Positions 20,093-30,710 are shown, numbered from the stretch's first letter. The stretch: DNA of 64,000 bases from Saccharofermentans sp. (GCA_016292145.1 JAEFBA010000004.1:435-64434); one strand, 5' to 3'. The notes: generated from the letters alone by a model not told the origin. Numbers and translations: made by a program.

Positions 20093-20948
20093 AGCGGAAA
20101 TATTTATAAGCATTAAAGAATGCTGCAGTTCCGTTCAGCATCTCTGAAGAATCGGTCTCAAATTGCTGCTTGGCCTTAATCACTCTCTGATATACACCCT
20201 GCACGGCAAGAAGCGAATTAAGCGCGCTTCCAATAGAAAATACCCTTCCGTGATAGATCATGGACTGGAACTGGTATAAAAGCCTCGGATCTGTATATTC
20301 AGAAGGCAGAACACAGCTGCTGTATCCGTTATAGGTCAAATAAAGCTGGTCAGAAAGCTCTTTGAACCTGGCCAAAAGCTCTTCAAGCTTTTTCTTATGC
20401 CTCTTCTTCTTTATGAAATAGAGTGCAATAAATCCGGCGCCTAAGAGCAAAAATCCTCCGGCAACACATGAATAGATCAGAATATTGTTCTTGGCTTTGG
20501 AGGTTGCCGCAATAAATGCACTGACAAAACAATGAAGGATCAGCAAAATGCCCCATACAAAAGGAGCAACGCTTGTCCTGGCATATTTATCTATATCCTT
20601 CTGGCATTTCTCGTATTCCTGATAGACTTCGACCTTAGGAGAGAAATGATTGATCATCTTCCCTATTTCCATAAGGTTTGCTTCTCTTTCAGCCGTATGA
20701 TCGACAGAAGGCGGCGGCGCTACAAAACCGCTGGCATTGCGGTACACCGGGCCGTTTACGTTATATCCGATAAACTGGGGCTGAGCAGGCGGCGGTGCAA
20801 AACCGGGCACAGTAGCCGGCGCCTGCTGAACAGGAGCCTGATATGTCTGCTGTGGCTGCGGCTGAGCCGGAACCTGATGAGGCTGCGGATCTGGTGTAGC
20901 AGGATCCGGTGAACCCGTGATCTTCCAATCTGTATCGAAATCAGCCAT
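20085..20948 (-). CDS. Hypothetical membrane protein with Pro/Gln-rich N-terminus
   Basis: 287 aa; GGAG RBS; low-complexity P/Q/A region, two TM helices, basic KKKRHKKK after TM2. Confidence 0.7.
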   Translation of the reverse strand: MADFDTDWKITGSPDPATPDPQPHQVPAQPQPQQTYQAPVQQAPATVPGFAPPPAQPQFIGYNVNGPVYRNASGFVAPPPSVDHTAEREANLMEIGKMINHFSPKVEVYQEYEKCQKDIDKYARTSVAPFVWGILLILHCFVSAFIAATSKAKNNILIYSCVAGGFLLLGAGFIALYFIKKKRHKKKLEELLARFKELSDQLYLTYNGYSSCVLPSEYTDPRLLYQFQSMIYHGRVFSIGSALNSLLAVQGVYQRVIKAKQQFETDSSEMLNGTAAFFNAYKYFRFK

Positions 20949-21021
20949 GAATATTCTCCCTTATTCCATAAAGCTAAATCCAATTTTATTACTAATAAGC
21001 CATATTTTTCAACATTATTCG

Positions 21022-21052
21022 AAAACAAAAGGGACCGCCATAAAGCGGTCCC
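21022..21052 (-). terminator. Rho-independent terminator of trpB2
   Basis: GGGACCGC-TTTATG-GCGGTCCC-TTTTGTTTT on the minus strand. Confidence 0.85.
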
Positions 21053-21076
21053 ATGAAATTCGGTTCAAATACTTTA

Positions 21077-22444
21077 TCAGCCGAGTTTAGGGCACTGAGC
21101 AAGAGAAGCTGCGATATCCTCATCAGTAGGAATGTAGTCATCCATAACGCCGTCGTTGTACTTCTGATAAGCAACGAGGTCAAAGTAACCTGTACCTGTA
21201 AGACCGAATACGATGTTCTTTGCTTCGCCTGTCTCTTTGCACTTAAGAGCTTCGTCGATAGCAACCTTGATAGCGTGTGAGCTCTCAGGTGCAGGAAGGA
21301 TTCCCTCGACTCTTGCGAACTGCTCTGCAGCTGCAAATACATCAGTCTGCTTAACAGATCTTGCCTTCATGTAGCCCTCATCATAGAGCTGTGAAAGGAT
21401 CGTGCTCATGCCGTGATATCTTAAGCCGCCTGCGTGGTTAGGTGCGGGCATGAAGTTACTGCCCAATGTATACATCTTAGCGAGAGGGCAAACACGGCCT
21501 GTATCGCAGAAGTCATATACGAAGGATCCTCTTGTGAATGAAGGACAGGAAGCAGGCTCAACAGCAATGATCTCGTACTGGTTCTCGCCTCTTAACATCT
21601 CGCCTACGAAGGGTGAGATCAAGCCGCCCAGGTTAGATCCGCCGCCAGCGCAGCCGATGATCATGTCAGCCTTAACGCCAACCTTGTCAAGAGCTGCCTT
21701 AGTCTCAAGACCGATAACAGACTGGTGGAGCAATACCTGATTAAGTACTGAACCTAAAACATATCTGTAGCCTTCCTGAGTTGTAGCAGCTTCAACAGCC
21801 TCGGAAATAGCGCATCCCAAAGAACCGTCTGTTCCGGGGAACTGCTCGTTGATCTTGCGTCCGACATTTGTGAGCATTGAAGGAGAAGGTGTAACCGTAG
21901 CACCGTACGTTCTCATAACCTCACGTCTGAAAGGCTTCTGCTCGTAGGATACCTTAACCATGTAAACCTGGCAGTCAAGTCCGAAGTAGGCTGTAGCCAT
22001 TGAAAGAGCTGTACCCCACTGGCCTGCGCCTGTCTCTGTGGTTACACCCTTGAGGCCCTGCTTCTTTGCATAATATGCCTGAGCGATAGCTGAATTGAGC
22101 TTATGGGAACCTGATGTGTTGTTACCCTCGAATTTATAGTAGATATGAGCAGGTGTGCCCAATGCCTTCTCAAGGCAATATGCTCTTACGAGCGGAGAAG
22201 GTCTGTACATCTTATAGAAATCAAGAACTTCACCCGGAATATCGATATATGCATCGGTATTGTTCATTTCCTGCTTCGAAAGCTCTTCACAGAAGATGGG
22301 ATAAAGATCCTCAGCCTTTAAAGGCTCGCCTGTTCCTGGATTGAGAAGCGGAGCGGGTTTGTTCTTCATGTCAGCGCGGACGTTATACCATGCTGAAGGA
22401 ATCTCATTCTCAGATAAATAGATCTTGTAAGGAATTTCGGACAT
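21077..22444 (-). CDS. trpB2: TrpB2 (stand-alone tryptophan synthase beta-like PLP enzyme)
   Basis: YKFEG.NTSGSHKLN (PLP Lys), TETGAGQWG, GCAGGGSN, HAGGLRYHG, PAPESSHA. Confidence 0.92.
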   Translation of the reverse strand: MSEIPYKIYLSENEIPSAWYNVRADMKNKPAPLLNPGTGEPLKAEDLYPIFCEELSKQEMNNTDAYIDIPGEVLDFYKMYRPSPLVRAYCLEKALGTPAHIYYKFEGNNTSGSHKLNSAIAQAYYAKKQGLKGVTTETGAGQWGTALSMATAYFGLDCQVYMVKVSYEQKPFRREVMRTYGATVTPSPSMLTNVGRKINEQFPGTDGSLGCAISEAVEAATTQEGYRYVLGSVLNQVLLHQSVIGLETKAALDKVGVKADMIIGCAGGGSNLGGLISPFVGEMLRGENQYEIIAVEPASCPSFTRGSFVYDFCDTGRVCPLAKMYTLGSNFMPAPNHAGGLRYHGMSTILSQLYDEGYMKARSVKQTDVFAAAEQFARVEGILPAPESSHAIKVAIDEALKCKETGEAKNIVFGLTGTGYFDLVAYQKYNDGVMDDYIPTDEDIAASLAQCPKLG

Positions 22445-22542
22445 ATATAGTCTCCCTTCGAAAAAACTAATTCATTTTACAACAAAAGTCTGATATTTGC
22501 ACAAAAAACATATTAATTCAGTGGTTTTTCATCTTCGAAATC

Positions 22543-23559
22543 TCAAAAAGTTGCCTTAAGAGCGTCGATCTTTTCGATGACTTTGTCACACCACTTATCA
22601 AATTCAGGGTCTTCTTTCCTGCACTCCTCATGGTCCAGAATGTAATTCAGAGCGATCCTTACGCCTTTATGCAGAGGAACATTAGTCTTAAGATCAGGCG
22701 CAAGCCTCTTGATCTTGCTGTTATCGAAAGCTACTGATACTGACTTATCACCCGTAAGGCTTCCTTCGAAGTCATAATCAGGACCTAAAGCGGTAAGGAG
22801 TTCTGATGATACGTGATATGCCTTAAGCTCAACGCCTAAAGCATCAGCTATTGTCTGATAGATCTGATTCCAGGTAAGGACTTCATCGCCTGTCAGCTGG
22901 AAAGCTTCGCCGATTGCATGACGGTTGCCCATAAGTGCCGTATAACCTACAGCAAAGTCTTCATTGAACGTCAGATGCCACAAAGACTCACCGTCACCGT
23001 GGATTATGACGGGCCTGCCGTCCATCATGCGCTTAATGACCTGCCAGGACCCGTTCTTTCCGTGAACGCCAAGAGGGATAGATCTCTCATCATAAGTGTG
23101 GCTTGGCCTTACGATAGTTACGGGGAAACCTTCTTCCCTGTATTTTTCCATAAGGAAATGCTCGCACGCGATCTTGTTTCTGGAATATTCCCAGTGAGGG
23201 TTAGCGAGTGTTGTGCCTTCAGTGATGATATAGCTTGCGGAAGGCTTATTGTAGGCCGAAGCAGAGCTTATATAGATATACTGCTTTGTAATGTCCTTAA
23301 AGAGCCTGTAATCGCGCTCAACCTGATCTACGGTAAATCCGATGAATTCACCTACCACATCAAATGTCATGCCTTCCAAAGCCTTTTTGACAGCTTCTTC
23401 ATCATTGATGTCGCATACGATCTGATGAACATTCTCAGGCACTGTATCTGCCCTGTTGCCGCGGTTAATAAGCCACAATTCCCAAGAAGGATCTTTTGCA
23501 AGTCTTCTTGTGATCGCGCTGCTGATAGTTCCTGTTCCGCCGATGAATAATGCTCTCAT
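22543..23559 (-). CDS. Atypical SDR / NAD-dependent epimerase-dehydratase family protein
   Basis: FIGGTGTIS, YISSASAY, YSRNK, IVRPSHTY. Confidence 0.85.
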   Translation of the reverse strand: MRALFIGGTGTISSAITRRLAKDPSWELWLINRGNRADTVPENVHQIVCDINDEEAVKKALEGMTFDVVGEFIGFTVDQVERDYRLFKDITKQYIYISSASAYNKPSASYIITEGTTLANPHWEYSRNKIACEHFLMEKYREEGFPVTIVRPSHTYDERSIPLGVHGKNGSWQVIKRMMDGRPVIIHGDGESLWHLTFNEDFAVGYTALMGNRHAIGEAFQLTGDEVLTWNQIYQTIADALGVELKAYHVSSELLTALGPDYDFEGSLTGDKSVSVAFDNSKIKRLAPDLKTNVPLHKGVRIALNYILDHEECRKEDPEFDKWCDKVIEKIDALKATF

Positions 23560-23707
23560 TTGGATTCTCCTTTGGAAGATTTGATATATATTTCGGATTT
23601 TAACAAAGGATAAGAGGACATAATATCAAATAATGTGCGTATATCCGCATTTTCCTACTAAATGTGATAAACTTCTGTCGTTATATTTATTATAAAAGGC
23701 ATATTAC

Positions 23708-24745
23708 ATGAAGACTTCTGATTTTTACTATGATCTGCCCGAGAGACTGATTGCACAGGTCCCTACCAAGGACCGTCTTGCATCACGTCTCCTGGTACTC
23801 GATAAAAAGACCGGCAAGGTTATTGACGGCCATTTTCCGGATATAAAGCAATTCCTTAGGAAAGGCGATGTTCTGGTTATAAACAACACCAGAGTCATTC
23901 CTGCAAGATTACTTGGTGTACGTTCTGATACACAAAGCCCTGTTGAGCTCCTTCTGTTAAAGAGGATCGACGATAATCACTGGGAAACTCTTGCGCGCCC
24001 CGGCAAGAAGGTCAGAGAAGGCAAGCGCATGACCTTTATCCCCGGTGAGCTTGAAGCTGAATGCGAACAGGTTCTTGAGAGCGGAAACAGGATCATCAGA
24101 TTCGATTTTAAAGGCGTCTGGGAAGAAGTCCTTGATAAAGCAGGTACCATCCCCCTCCCGCCTTATATCCACGAGAAGTTAGATGACCCGGAACGTTACC
24201 AGACCGTATATTCCAAAGATGCGGGCTCTGCAGCAGCGCCTACGGCCGGTCTTCACTTTACCAAAGATCTTTTGGCTGAATTAAAGGATATGGGCGTTGA
24301 GATCGCCGAACTCACTCTTCATGTAGGTCTTGGCACCTTCAGACCCGTTAAGGCAGAAACTATCGAAGACCATGAGATGCACTCCGAATGGTATGACTTT
24401 CCCAAGGAAGCTTCCGATATTATCCGCAAAGCAAGAATTGAAGGCAGAAGGATAATATCCGTCGGCACCACATCTACCAGAACGCTTGAGACTGTTGCTT
24501 CAAACGATCCCGAGATGATGCCTGCATCCGGTTATACACAGATATTTATCTATCCCGGTTATGAATTCAAGTGCGTTGATTCTCTTATCACCAACTTCCA
24601 TCTGCCTGAATCGACTTTGATAATGCTTGTATCTGCTCTGGCAGGCCGCGAAAACGTATTAAACGCATATAAACATGCCGTTGAGGAAGAATACAGATTC
24701 TTCTCATTCGGTGACGCCATGTTCATTACAGATTTGGAGAACTGA
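23708..24745 (+). CDS. queA: S-adenosylmethionine:tRNA ribosyltransferase-isomerase
   Basis: [53 protein letters not shown]. Confidence 0.98.
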   Translation: MKTSDFYYDLPERLIAQVPTKDRLASRLLVLDKKTGKVIDGHFPDIKQFLRKGDVLVINNTRVIPARLLGVRSDTQSPVELLLLKRIDDNHWETLARPGKKVREGKRMTFIPGELEAECEQVLESGNRIIRFDFKGVWEEVLDKAGTIPLPPYIHEKLDDPERYQTVYSKDAGSAAAPTAGLHFTKDLLAELKDMGVEIAELTLHVGLGTFRPVKAETIEDHEMHSEWYDFPKEASDIIRKARIEGRRIISVGTTSTRTLETVASNDPEMMPASGYTQIFIYPGYEFKCVDSLITNFHLPESTLIMLVSALAGRENVLNAYKHAVEEEYRFFSFGDAMFITDLEN

Positions 24746-24746
24746 T

Positions 24747-25865
24747 ATGTCAAACTTCCCGGTATGGTACGAACACATCCACACATGCGCTCAGACAGGT
24801 GCAAGACTCGGTAAGGTACACACGCCTCACGGAACCTTCATGACACCTGCATTTATGCCTGTAGGAACACAGGCTTCTGTCAAAGGAATGAGTCCTGAGG
24901 AAGTATCCGGCATGGGTGCAGGAATCATGCTCTCAAATACTTATCATCTCTGGCTCAGACCCGGAAGTGATATCGTTGCAAAGGCCGGCGGCCTTCATAA
25001 GTTCATGAACTGGCCCGGCGCCATTCTTACAGATTCAGGCGGATTCCAGGTGTTCTCACTTTCGAAGCCTAAGGACATAAAAGAAGAAGGCGTAAAGTTC
25101 AGTTCCCACATCGACGGAAGAAAGTTATTCTTAACGCCTGAGATATCAATGCAGGTTCAAAATGACTTGGGCGCTGATATCATCATGGCTTTCGATGAAT
25201 GCTGCCCCTACCCTTCCGAGCACGCCTACGCTGACAGATCTCAGGCAAGGACAACAAGATGGCTCGAGCGCTGTATCGAAGCACACAAAAGGCCTGATGA
25301 ACAGGCTTTGTTCGGCATCATCCAGGGATCGATGTATCCCGATCTCCGCAAAAAGAGCGCAGATGCTATTACATCCTTCGATCTTCCCGGATTTGCGATC
25401 GGAGGTATCTCCGTCGGCGAACCTAAGAATCTGTTTATTGACATGATCGACTGCACTGTACCTCTCATGCCTGAGGATAAGCCCCGTTATCTGATGGGCG
25501 TCGGCACTCCCGATTATCTTATTGAGGGCTCATGCAGAGGCGTCGATATGTTCGACTGCGTTCTCCCGACAAGAATGGGCAGACACGGCACCATTCTTAC
25601 CGATTACGGCAAGAAGATAATAAGAGACAAGAAGTTCGCCGAAGACTTCGGTCCTATGGATCCTGACTGCAGCTGCTATGCATGCACGAATTTCTCTGCA
25701 GCTTATGTAAGACATCTCATCAAGGCTAACGAGATGTTCGGCTTAAGACTCTGCACATATCACAATATCCATTTCCTGCTCGTTCTTATGGAGCGTATCC
25801 GTCAGGCGATCGCCGAAGACAGATTGGGAGATTTCAGAAAAAAATTCTACGAGAGATTAGGTTGA
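24747..25865 (+). CDS. tgt: tRNA-guanine(34) transglycosylase
   Basis: [55 protein letters not shown] zinc site; start set at ATG 24747 after GGAG. Confidence 0.97.
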   Translation: MSNFPVWYEHIHTCAQTGARLGKVHTPHGTFMTPAFMPVGTQASVKGMSPEEVSGMGAGIMLSNTYHLWLRPGSDIVAKAGGLHKFMNWPGAILTDSGGFQVFSLSKPKDIKEEGVKFSSHIDGRKLFLTPEISMQVQNDLGADIIMAFDECCPYPSEHAYADRSQARTTRWLERCIEAHKRPDEQALFGIIQGSMYPDLRKKSADAITSFDLPGFAIGGISVGEPKNLFIDMIDCTVPLMPEDKPRYLMGVGTPDYLIEGSCRGVDMFDCVLPTRMGRHGTILTDYGKKIIRDKKFAEDFGPMDPDCSCYACTNFSAAYVRHLIKANEMFGLRLCTYHNIHFLLVLMERIRQAIAEDRLGDFRKKFYERLG

Positions 25866-25866
25866 T

Positions 25867-28305
25867 ATGAAGTCTGAGATCTATGCACAGAATAATCCTT
25901 CTCTGACAGAACGTGAGATCAATCACCGTGATCTCGCAAGAGAGATCTGTGCCGAAGGAATCGTTCTTCTGGAAAATAACGGAGTCCTTCCGCTTAAAGC
26001 CAACAAGGCGGCTTTATATGGCGCGGGCGCGAGGCATACGGTTTTCGGAGGCACGGGATCAGGCGAGAATAACCCCAGATACAACGTCAATATCGAAGAC
26101 GGCCTTAAGAACGCAAACATCACCATCATCAGCGAAGACTGGCTCAACGAATACGATGAGCTCTATGAAAGAGAACTTTCGCTTTATAAGAAGAACCTAA
26201 AGAAAGCCATGCGCAAGATTCCTCTTATGCAGCATATGGATTATGCGGCAGATAATCCGTTCTATCTGCCTTCCGGAAGACCTGTTACAAAAGATGACAA
26301 CACCGGCGCTGATGTTGCAGTTTATGTTCTCGCAAGGCAGGCCGGCGAAGGCGCTGACAGAAAGGATATTCCCGGCGATTACTATGCTGCCGAAGACGAG
26401 ATATCGCTCATGCGTTCCATTACAGAGAACTATAAGGATACAATCCTTGTTCTTAACGTCGGAGCTGTTATAGATCTTTCATTTCTTGACGAGATCAGTT
26501 TCTCGGCTGTTGTCCTTCTTATGCAGGGCGGAATGGAATCCGGTAATGCCCTTGCTGATATCCTGACAGGAAAAGTTAATCCTTCAGGCAGACTTGCCGA
26601 TACATGGGCTTATAAGTACGATGACTACCCTTCATCTGACACGTTTTCTGAAAGAAACCCCGAAATGCTCCAGGAAGACTACAGAGAAGGCATCTTCGTC
26701 GGTTACAGATGGTTCGATAAGAAAAGCATCACGCCGAGATATAAGTTCGGTTACGGATTAAGCTATACCACTTTTAAGACTGAAGCAGATTATTGTGCCA
26801 ACCGCGGTACGAAGATCACGGTCAACGTACGTGTTACCAATACCGGAAATACGGCAGGCAAGGAAGTCTCTATGCTTTACTTATCCTGCCCCGAAAACAA
26901 GTTCATAAGAGAAAAATCAAGTCTTGTTGCATTTTCCAAGACAATGCTTTTGGAACCCGGCAAAAAAGACTATTTTACTCTCAGCTTTGATCTTAAATAC
27001 TTTGCTGCATTTGACAACGATAACCATCGGTTCATTCTCGAGAAGGGCGAATATCTCATCTATCTGAACGATACACCATTACTTGTACTTGAGCTTGATG
27101 AGGATGCCGTTACCGAGATAACTGATCCCATATCTCTGTCAGACCGCAAGATCGATTACATTATTCACGATAAAAGCGAAAGAAAAATTCCTTCAGATAT
27201 CAGGCGCAGCAAGATAAAAGCTTCTGAGATCAGTTGCATAACACATAAATATAATGTTCCGGAATTCGAGAAAAACCCTGAAATAGACCAGGTAGTATCG
27301 GGCCTCACAATTAAAGATATGAGCAAACTGCTGGTTGGAAGGACATATTTAGGTCCCTTCCGGCACAGGGTTTTCGGAGCTGTCGGATATACAACATCCA
27401 AGCTGTTTAATAAAGGGATCGATGCCATGCCTATGGCTGACGGCCCTCAGGGGCTTAACCTGACACAGATATCGACAAAGCCTAAGCATAACTTATTTGC
27501 AATTCCTACACTGCCTGAATCTTTAAGACATGTACACAAGATCTCAAAGCTTGGCGCTGCTTCAGATAAAACCAAAAATCAGGAATTGTTCTATCAATAC
27601 TGCACATCATGGCCCTCTGAGACCGTAGTTGCGCAAACCTGGAGTGTATACCACGCCAGATTATTAGGAAATGCCGTTGCCAAGGAAATGCTTGAATATG
27701 GTGTGGTCTTCTGGCTTGCACCGGCATTAAACATCCACAGAAATCCTTTGTGCGGAAGAAACTACGAATACTATTCAGAAGATCCGGTCCTTACCGGCAT
27801 CATTGCAAGCCGTGTTATCAGGGGCGTTCATGAAGAATATGGTTGTTACCCGACTATAAAACATTTCGCTGCAAACAATCTTGAGACCAAAAGAAATGTA
27901 TCATCCTCCAATATGGATGAAAGGACTCTTCGTGAGATCTATCTCCGGGCATTCAGGATCGCAGTTGAGACAGCGCATCCGGAAGCCGTAATGTGCAGTT
28001 ATAACAAGATCAACGGCATCTACACTGCCCTTAACTACGATCTTCAGACAAAGATACTTCGAAACGAATGGGGCTTTGACGGTATCGTCATGACCGACTG
28101 GTTCGCGACAGGACATCATGAGAGTCTGGATGAACTTTGCTGCAAAGCAGGTACTGATCTCATAATGCCGGGGCTTCCTCATATTCCGTGGAAGATAATG
28201 AGAGCATGCCGTAAAGGCCTTATCTCAAGCGAAGATATCGAGAGATCTGCAAGAAGGATAATAAAACTCTCTTTAGAGACTCACCTAAACCGCACTAATC
28301 GTTGA
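25867..28305 (+). CDS. GH3 beta-glucosidase-like glycosidase with permuted domain order
   Basis: N-terminal AEGIVLLEN/GGTGSG/GEGADR sandwich domain, YREGIFVGYRWF, Fn3-like part, then C-terminal barrel with DGPQG, CGRNYEYYSEDP, KHFAAN, VMTDW (nucleophile Asp). Confidence 0.9.
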   Translation: MKSEIYAQNNPSLTEREINHRDLAREICAEGIVLLENNGVLPLKANKAALYGAGARHTVFGGTGSGENNPRYNVNIEDGLKNANITIISEDWLNEYDELYERELSLYKKNLKKAMRKIPLMQHMDYAADNPFYLPSGRPVTKDDNTGADVAVYVLARQAGEGADRKDIPGDYYAAEDEISLMRSITENYKDTILVLNVGAVIDLSFLDEISFSAVVLLMQGGMESGNALADILTGKVNPSGRLADTWAYKYDDYPSSDTFSERNPEMLQEDYREGIFVGYRWFDKKSITPRYKFGYGLSYTTFKTEADYCANRGTKITVNVRVTNTGNTAGKEVSMLYLSCPENKFIREKSSLVAFSKTMLLEPGKKDYFTLSFDLKYFAAFDNDNHRFILEKGEYLIYLNDTPLLVLELDEDAVTEITDPISLSDRKIDYIIHDKSERKIPSDIRRSKIKASEISCITHKYNVPEFEKNPEIDQVVSGLTIKDMSKLLVGRTYLGPFRHRVFGAVGYTTSKLFNKGIDAMPMADGPQGLNLTQISTKPKHNLFAIPTLPESLRHVHKISKLGAASDKTKNQELFYQYCTSWPSETVVAQTWSVYHARLLGNAVAKEMLEYGVVFWLAPALNIHRNPLCGRNYEYYSEDPVLTGIIASRVIRGVHEEYGCYPTIKHFAANNLETKRNVSSSNMDERTLREIYLRAFRIAVETAHPEAVMCSYNKINGIYTALNYDLQTKILRNEWGFDGIVMTDWFATGHHESLDELCCKAGTDLIMPGLPHIPWKIMRACRKGLISSEDIERSARRIIKLSLETHLNRTNR

Positions 28306-28837
28306 GCTTAAGAGTTACGGCGGACAGATTTCCGCACTTAAGCTGGCACTGATCCGATATCCTTCTGATCAGCATATTCATCCATTCGTTGCATGAAGAA
28401 GATACAAGCGCGTCGGCGAGTATCCCTTCATCTGTAAGGTGCTTATAGAAATTGGAAGTGGCGCAGACTATGCTGTCACCTACATTGAGTCCGAAGAAGC
28501 CGTTTGGCAGAACATGTATCTGCCCGTCCTTTATGATCTTTGCGAAAACGCCGCCTCTTCTGTAACATTCAACGCCGTTCTTAAGCACGCGAAGGATCAG
28601 GTATTCAGACTCTTCGTCTAGACATTCGTCGAATACCGAAGATAAGTATTCGATGCTCTTGCCGCCTTCTTCACTGTTAAGGATCTCGGAAAATAACAGA
28701 GCCTGGCTCTTAGGCGCGATCTTAAGATTGCTCCCGAAGAATAGTGCAACAGTAAGATTCGGAACAAGTCTTAAGAAGACTTCATCCGTAAAATCAAGGG
28801 CATCTCCCCTGTGCTTAAATGTGTAATACTCTATCAC
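28295..28837 (-). CDS. Hypothetical protein, degenerate PP2C-like
   Basis: C-terminal LNVGDSIVCATSNF...GNLSAVTLKL aligns by eye with PP2C L..GD.L.L.SDG...DN.SA; ATGA-coupled to the PP2C gene. Confidence 0.55.
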   Translation of the reverse strand: MIEYYTFKHRGDALDFTDEVFLRLVPNLTVALFFGSNLKIAPKSQALLFSEILNSEEGGKSIEYLSSVFDECLDEESEYLILRVLKNGVECYRRGGVFAKIIKDGQIHVLPNGFFGLNVGDSIVCATSNFYKHLTDEGILADALVSSSCNEWMNMLIRRISDQCQLKCGNLSAVTLKLND

Positions 28838-29730
28838 ACTATGCTCCTGCGCAGCTTTATTACTATCGCCGAGTAATTATCCTGTCTGGGATTCTTACTG
28901 GACTTGACGCCATACTTGATCATTCTTGCGATGCCTGTGGCGTTCTGATCTGAATGTATATGGTTAAGGATGCGGTTCAAAGGCATTGAATCCGTAACAC
29001 CGTCTGAACCTACGATAATAATATCATTATCACGGAGCTTCATAGGCTTTGATGTCATCTGGACATTGCATTTGAAGTTGCCGACAAAATCAGTAAGGCC
29101 TCTGGCTCTGGGATCCTTGTAAGCATCAACGGTATCGATACCGCCTTCAGAGAACTTCTTTATCATTACAGAAGCGTAGTTCTGCTTATTATTCAGAAGT
29201 GTCGCGCGGTTATTGCGGATCAGGATGATGTTGCTGTCGCCTAGACTATAGAAATTCAGAAGGTCATCAAAAATATGGACCATGACAAGTGTCGCGCCGG
29301 CACTTAAATGGAAGTCTTCGTAAACATGGTCGGAAATGCCGGATATTATTTTCGCATTCTCAGCCTGGGCATCAAACTTCAAAGGGAAATTCTCGGCAAG
29401 CGAATCAGTAACATATTTAGAAACCACTTCACCGTTAAGAAGTCCGCCCATTCCGTCAGAACATGCAGCAATAAGGCCTGATTCTTCGATCTTATCCAAA
29501 GGCGAGATATAGACCGAGTCCTCCTGGTTGCCTCTCTTTCCGCGTTCATGGAAATAAGCCACATCAGGCGTAAGCTTAAGCTTGTCCTCATGCTTTCTGT
29601 TATAAAGAGTCGTCTTGATCAACGTATAGAGAGTTATAACTGCAAATGAAACAAAAGCAATGGCGAATAACACCAGCGCAACATAAAGAGCAAATACTGT
29701 ATCTTCTGGCAGCAGATCAAAATCGTACAT
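28834..29730 (-). CDS. PP2C/PPM Ser/Thr phosphatase with N-terminal TM anchor
   Basis: RGNQED, CSDGMGG, GATL, LGDS, GSDGV, QDNYSAI motifs. Confidence 0.88.
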   Translation of the reverse strand: MYDFDLLPEDTVFALYVALVLFAIAFVSFAVITLYTLIKTTLYNRKHEDKLKLTPDVAYFHERGKRGNQEDSVYISPLDKIEESGLIAACSDGMGGLLNGEVVSKYVTDSLAENFPLKFDAQAENAKIISGISDHVYEDFHLSAGATLVMVHIFDDLLNFYSLGDSNIILIRNNRATLLNNKQNYASVMIKKFSEGGIDTVDAYKDPRARGLTDFVGNFKCNVQMTSKPMKLRDNDIIIVGSDGVTDSMPLNRILNHIHSDQNATGIARMIKYGVKSSKNPRQDNYSAIVIKLRRSIV

Positions 29731-29801
29731 TGCCGGACCTTAAACCTATCCTCTTAAACAGCTTGATTTACGGATTACTACTCTATTCTAACTCAATTTA
29801 C

Positions 29802-30710
29802 TTAAGTTTCTTCACTGTTTTCTTCGGCAGGCTCTTCGTCTTCTGCTACATATCTGTCGATAAGGCATCCGGTATAGTAAGAAATGCCGTACTGTACCCA
29901 GGCAATGACAAGGAACGAATAAAGGAAGATGAAGATTCCTAAGGTAGTATAAGAAGCCGACATCAACAGTATAAAAGGCACTGCGATATAGAAAAGAATG
30001 ACTACGACCGCAAGCCCCAGGCAATGACCAAACCTGATAAGAAGGAATAATAGAGAGTTCTTATATATCTGGCCGAGCTTCAGATCAGTCGTTACCATCA
30101 TGTTATAAGCAAAATTCTGGACCAGGATAAAAGCTACATACAAAACGCAGAAAACTGTTCCGATAATTATGCCCACATCCGTCTTCAGATTGAGATAGAA
30201 ACTTACGGCAAGGATTATCACCGCTGTGAAAAGAATACCGATGAAAGTTGAGGCCAACGCCTTTTTCCAGTTTTCTTTAAGTCCGACCTTAAAGCTTCCG
30301 AACAATGAAACTGACGTGCCGTTCCTGATATCTTTATATACCTGTGCAAATCCTGTCTGGAAAGGTCCGATACAGATAAGCAGGCTTGCAACAACAGAAA
30401 CGATAAAGAACACAATAAGCAAAGATAAGAGCTGATATGAGACAACTGAAGTTTCAGCAGGCGTAACCGAACCGGCATTTGAGGGGACCGAGATGAATCT
30501 ATGAAGGTCAAAAGCAGATACAAGGCCGGGCATAAAGATTATGGCAAACCCGAAAGCAATTGCTAAAGCAGGAATATTGAACAGCATGAAAAGCACATTT
30601 ACGCCCATGAGCCTTACCAAATGATTCCATCCTGAAATAAAGAAATGAGCAAAAGGACCTTTTGCTCTTTCTTCAATATTCTTATTGCTCTCTTTAATTC
30701 CCTGCTCCAT
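29802..30710 (-). CDS. Integral membrane protein, YesL/DUF624-like
   Basis: Multiple TM; IGP..TG, FKVGLKENWKKA, YKNSLL pattern. Confidence 0.65.
   Translation of the reverse strand: MEQGIKESNKNIEERAKGPFAHFFISGWNHLVRLMGVNVLFMLFNIPALAIAFGFAIIFMPGLVSAFDLHRFISVPSNAGSVTPAETSVVSYQLLSLLIVFFIVSVVASLLICIGPFQTGFAQVYKDIRNGTSVSLFGSFKVGLKENWKKALASTFIGILFTAVIILAVSFYLNLKTDVGIIIGTVFCVLYVAFILVQNFAYNMMVTTDLKLGQIYKNSLLFLLIRFGHCLGLAVVVILFYIAVPFILLMSASYTTLGIFIFLYSFLVIAWVQYGISYYTGCLIDRYVAEDEEPAEENSEET

Noticed and set aside
22918-23550. 210-aa plus-strand ORF
   Set aside because: Antisense shadow of the SDR gene.
24675-24746. N-terminal extension of tgt in the ORF track (likewise for dprA, galE, groES and the SanA-like gene)
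   Set aside because: Downstream ATGs have better RBSs or avoid long overlaps and match where family similarity begins.
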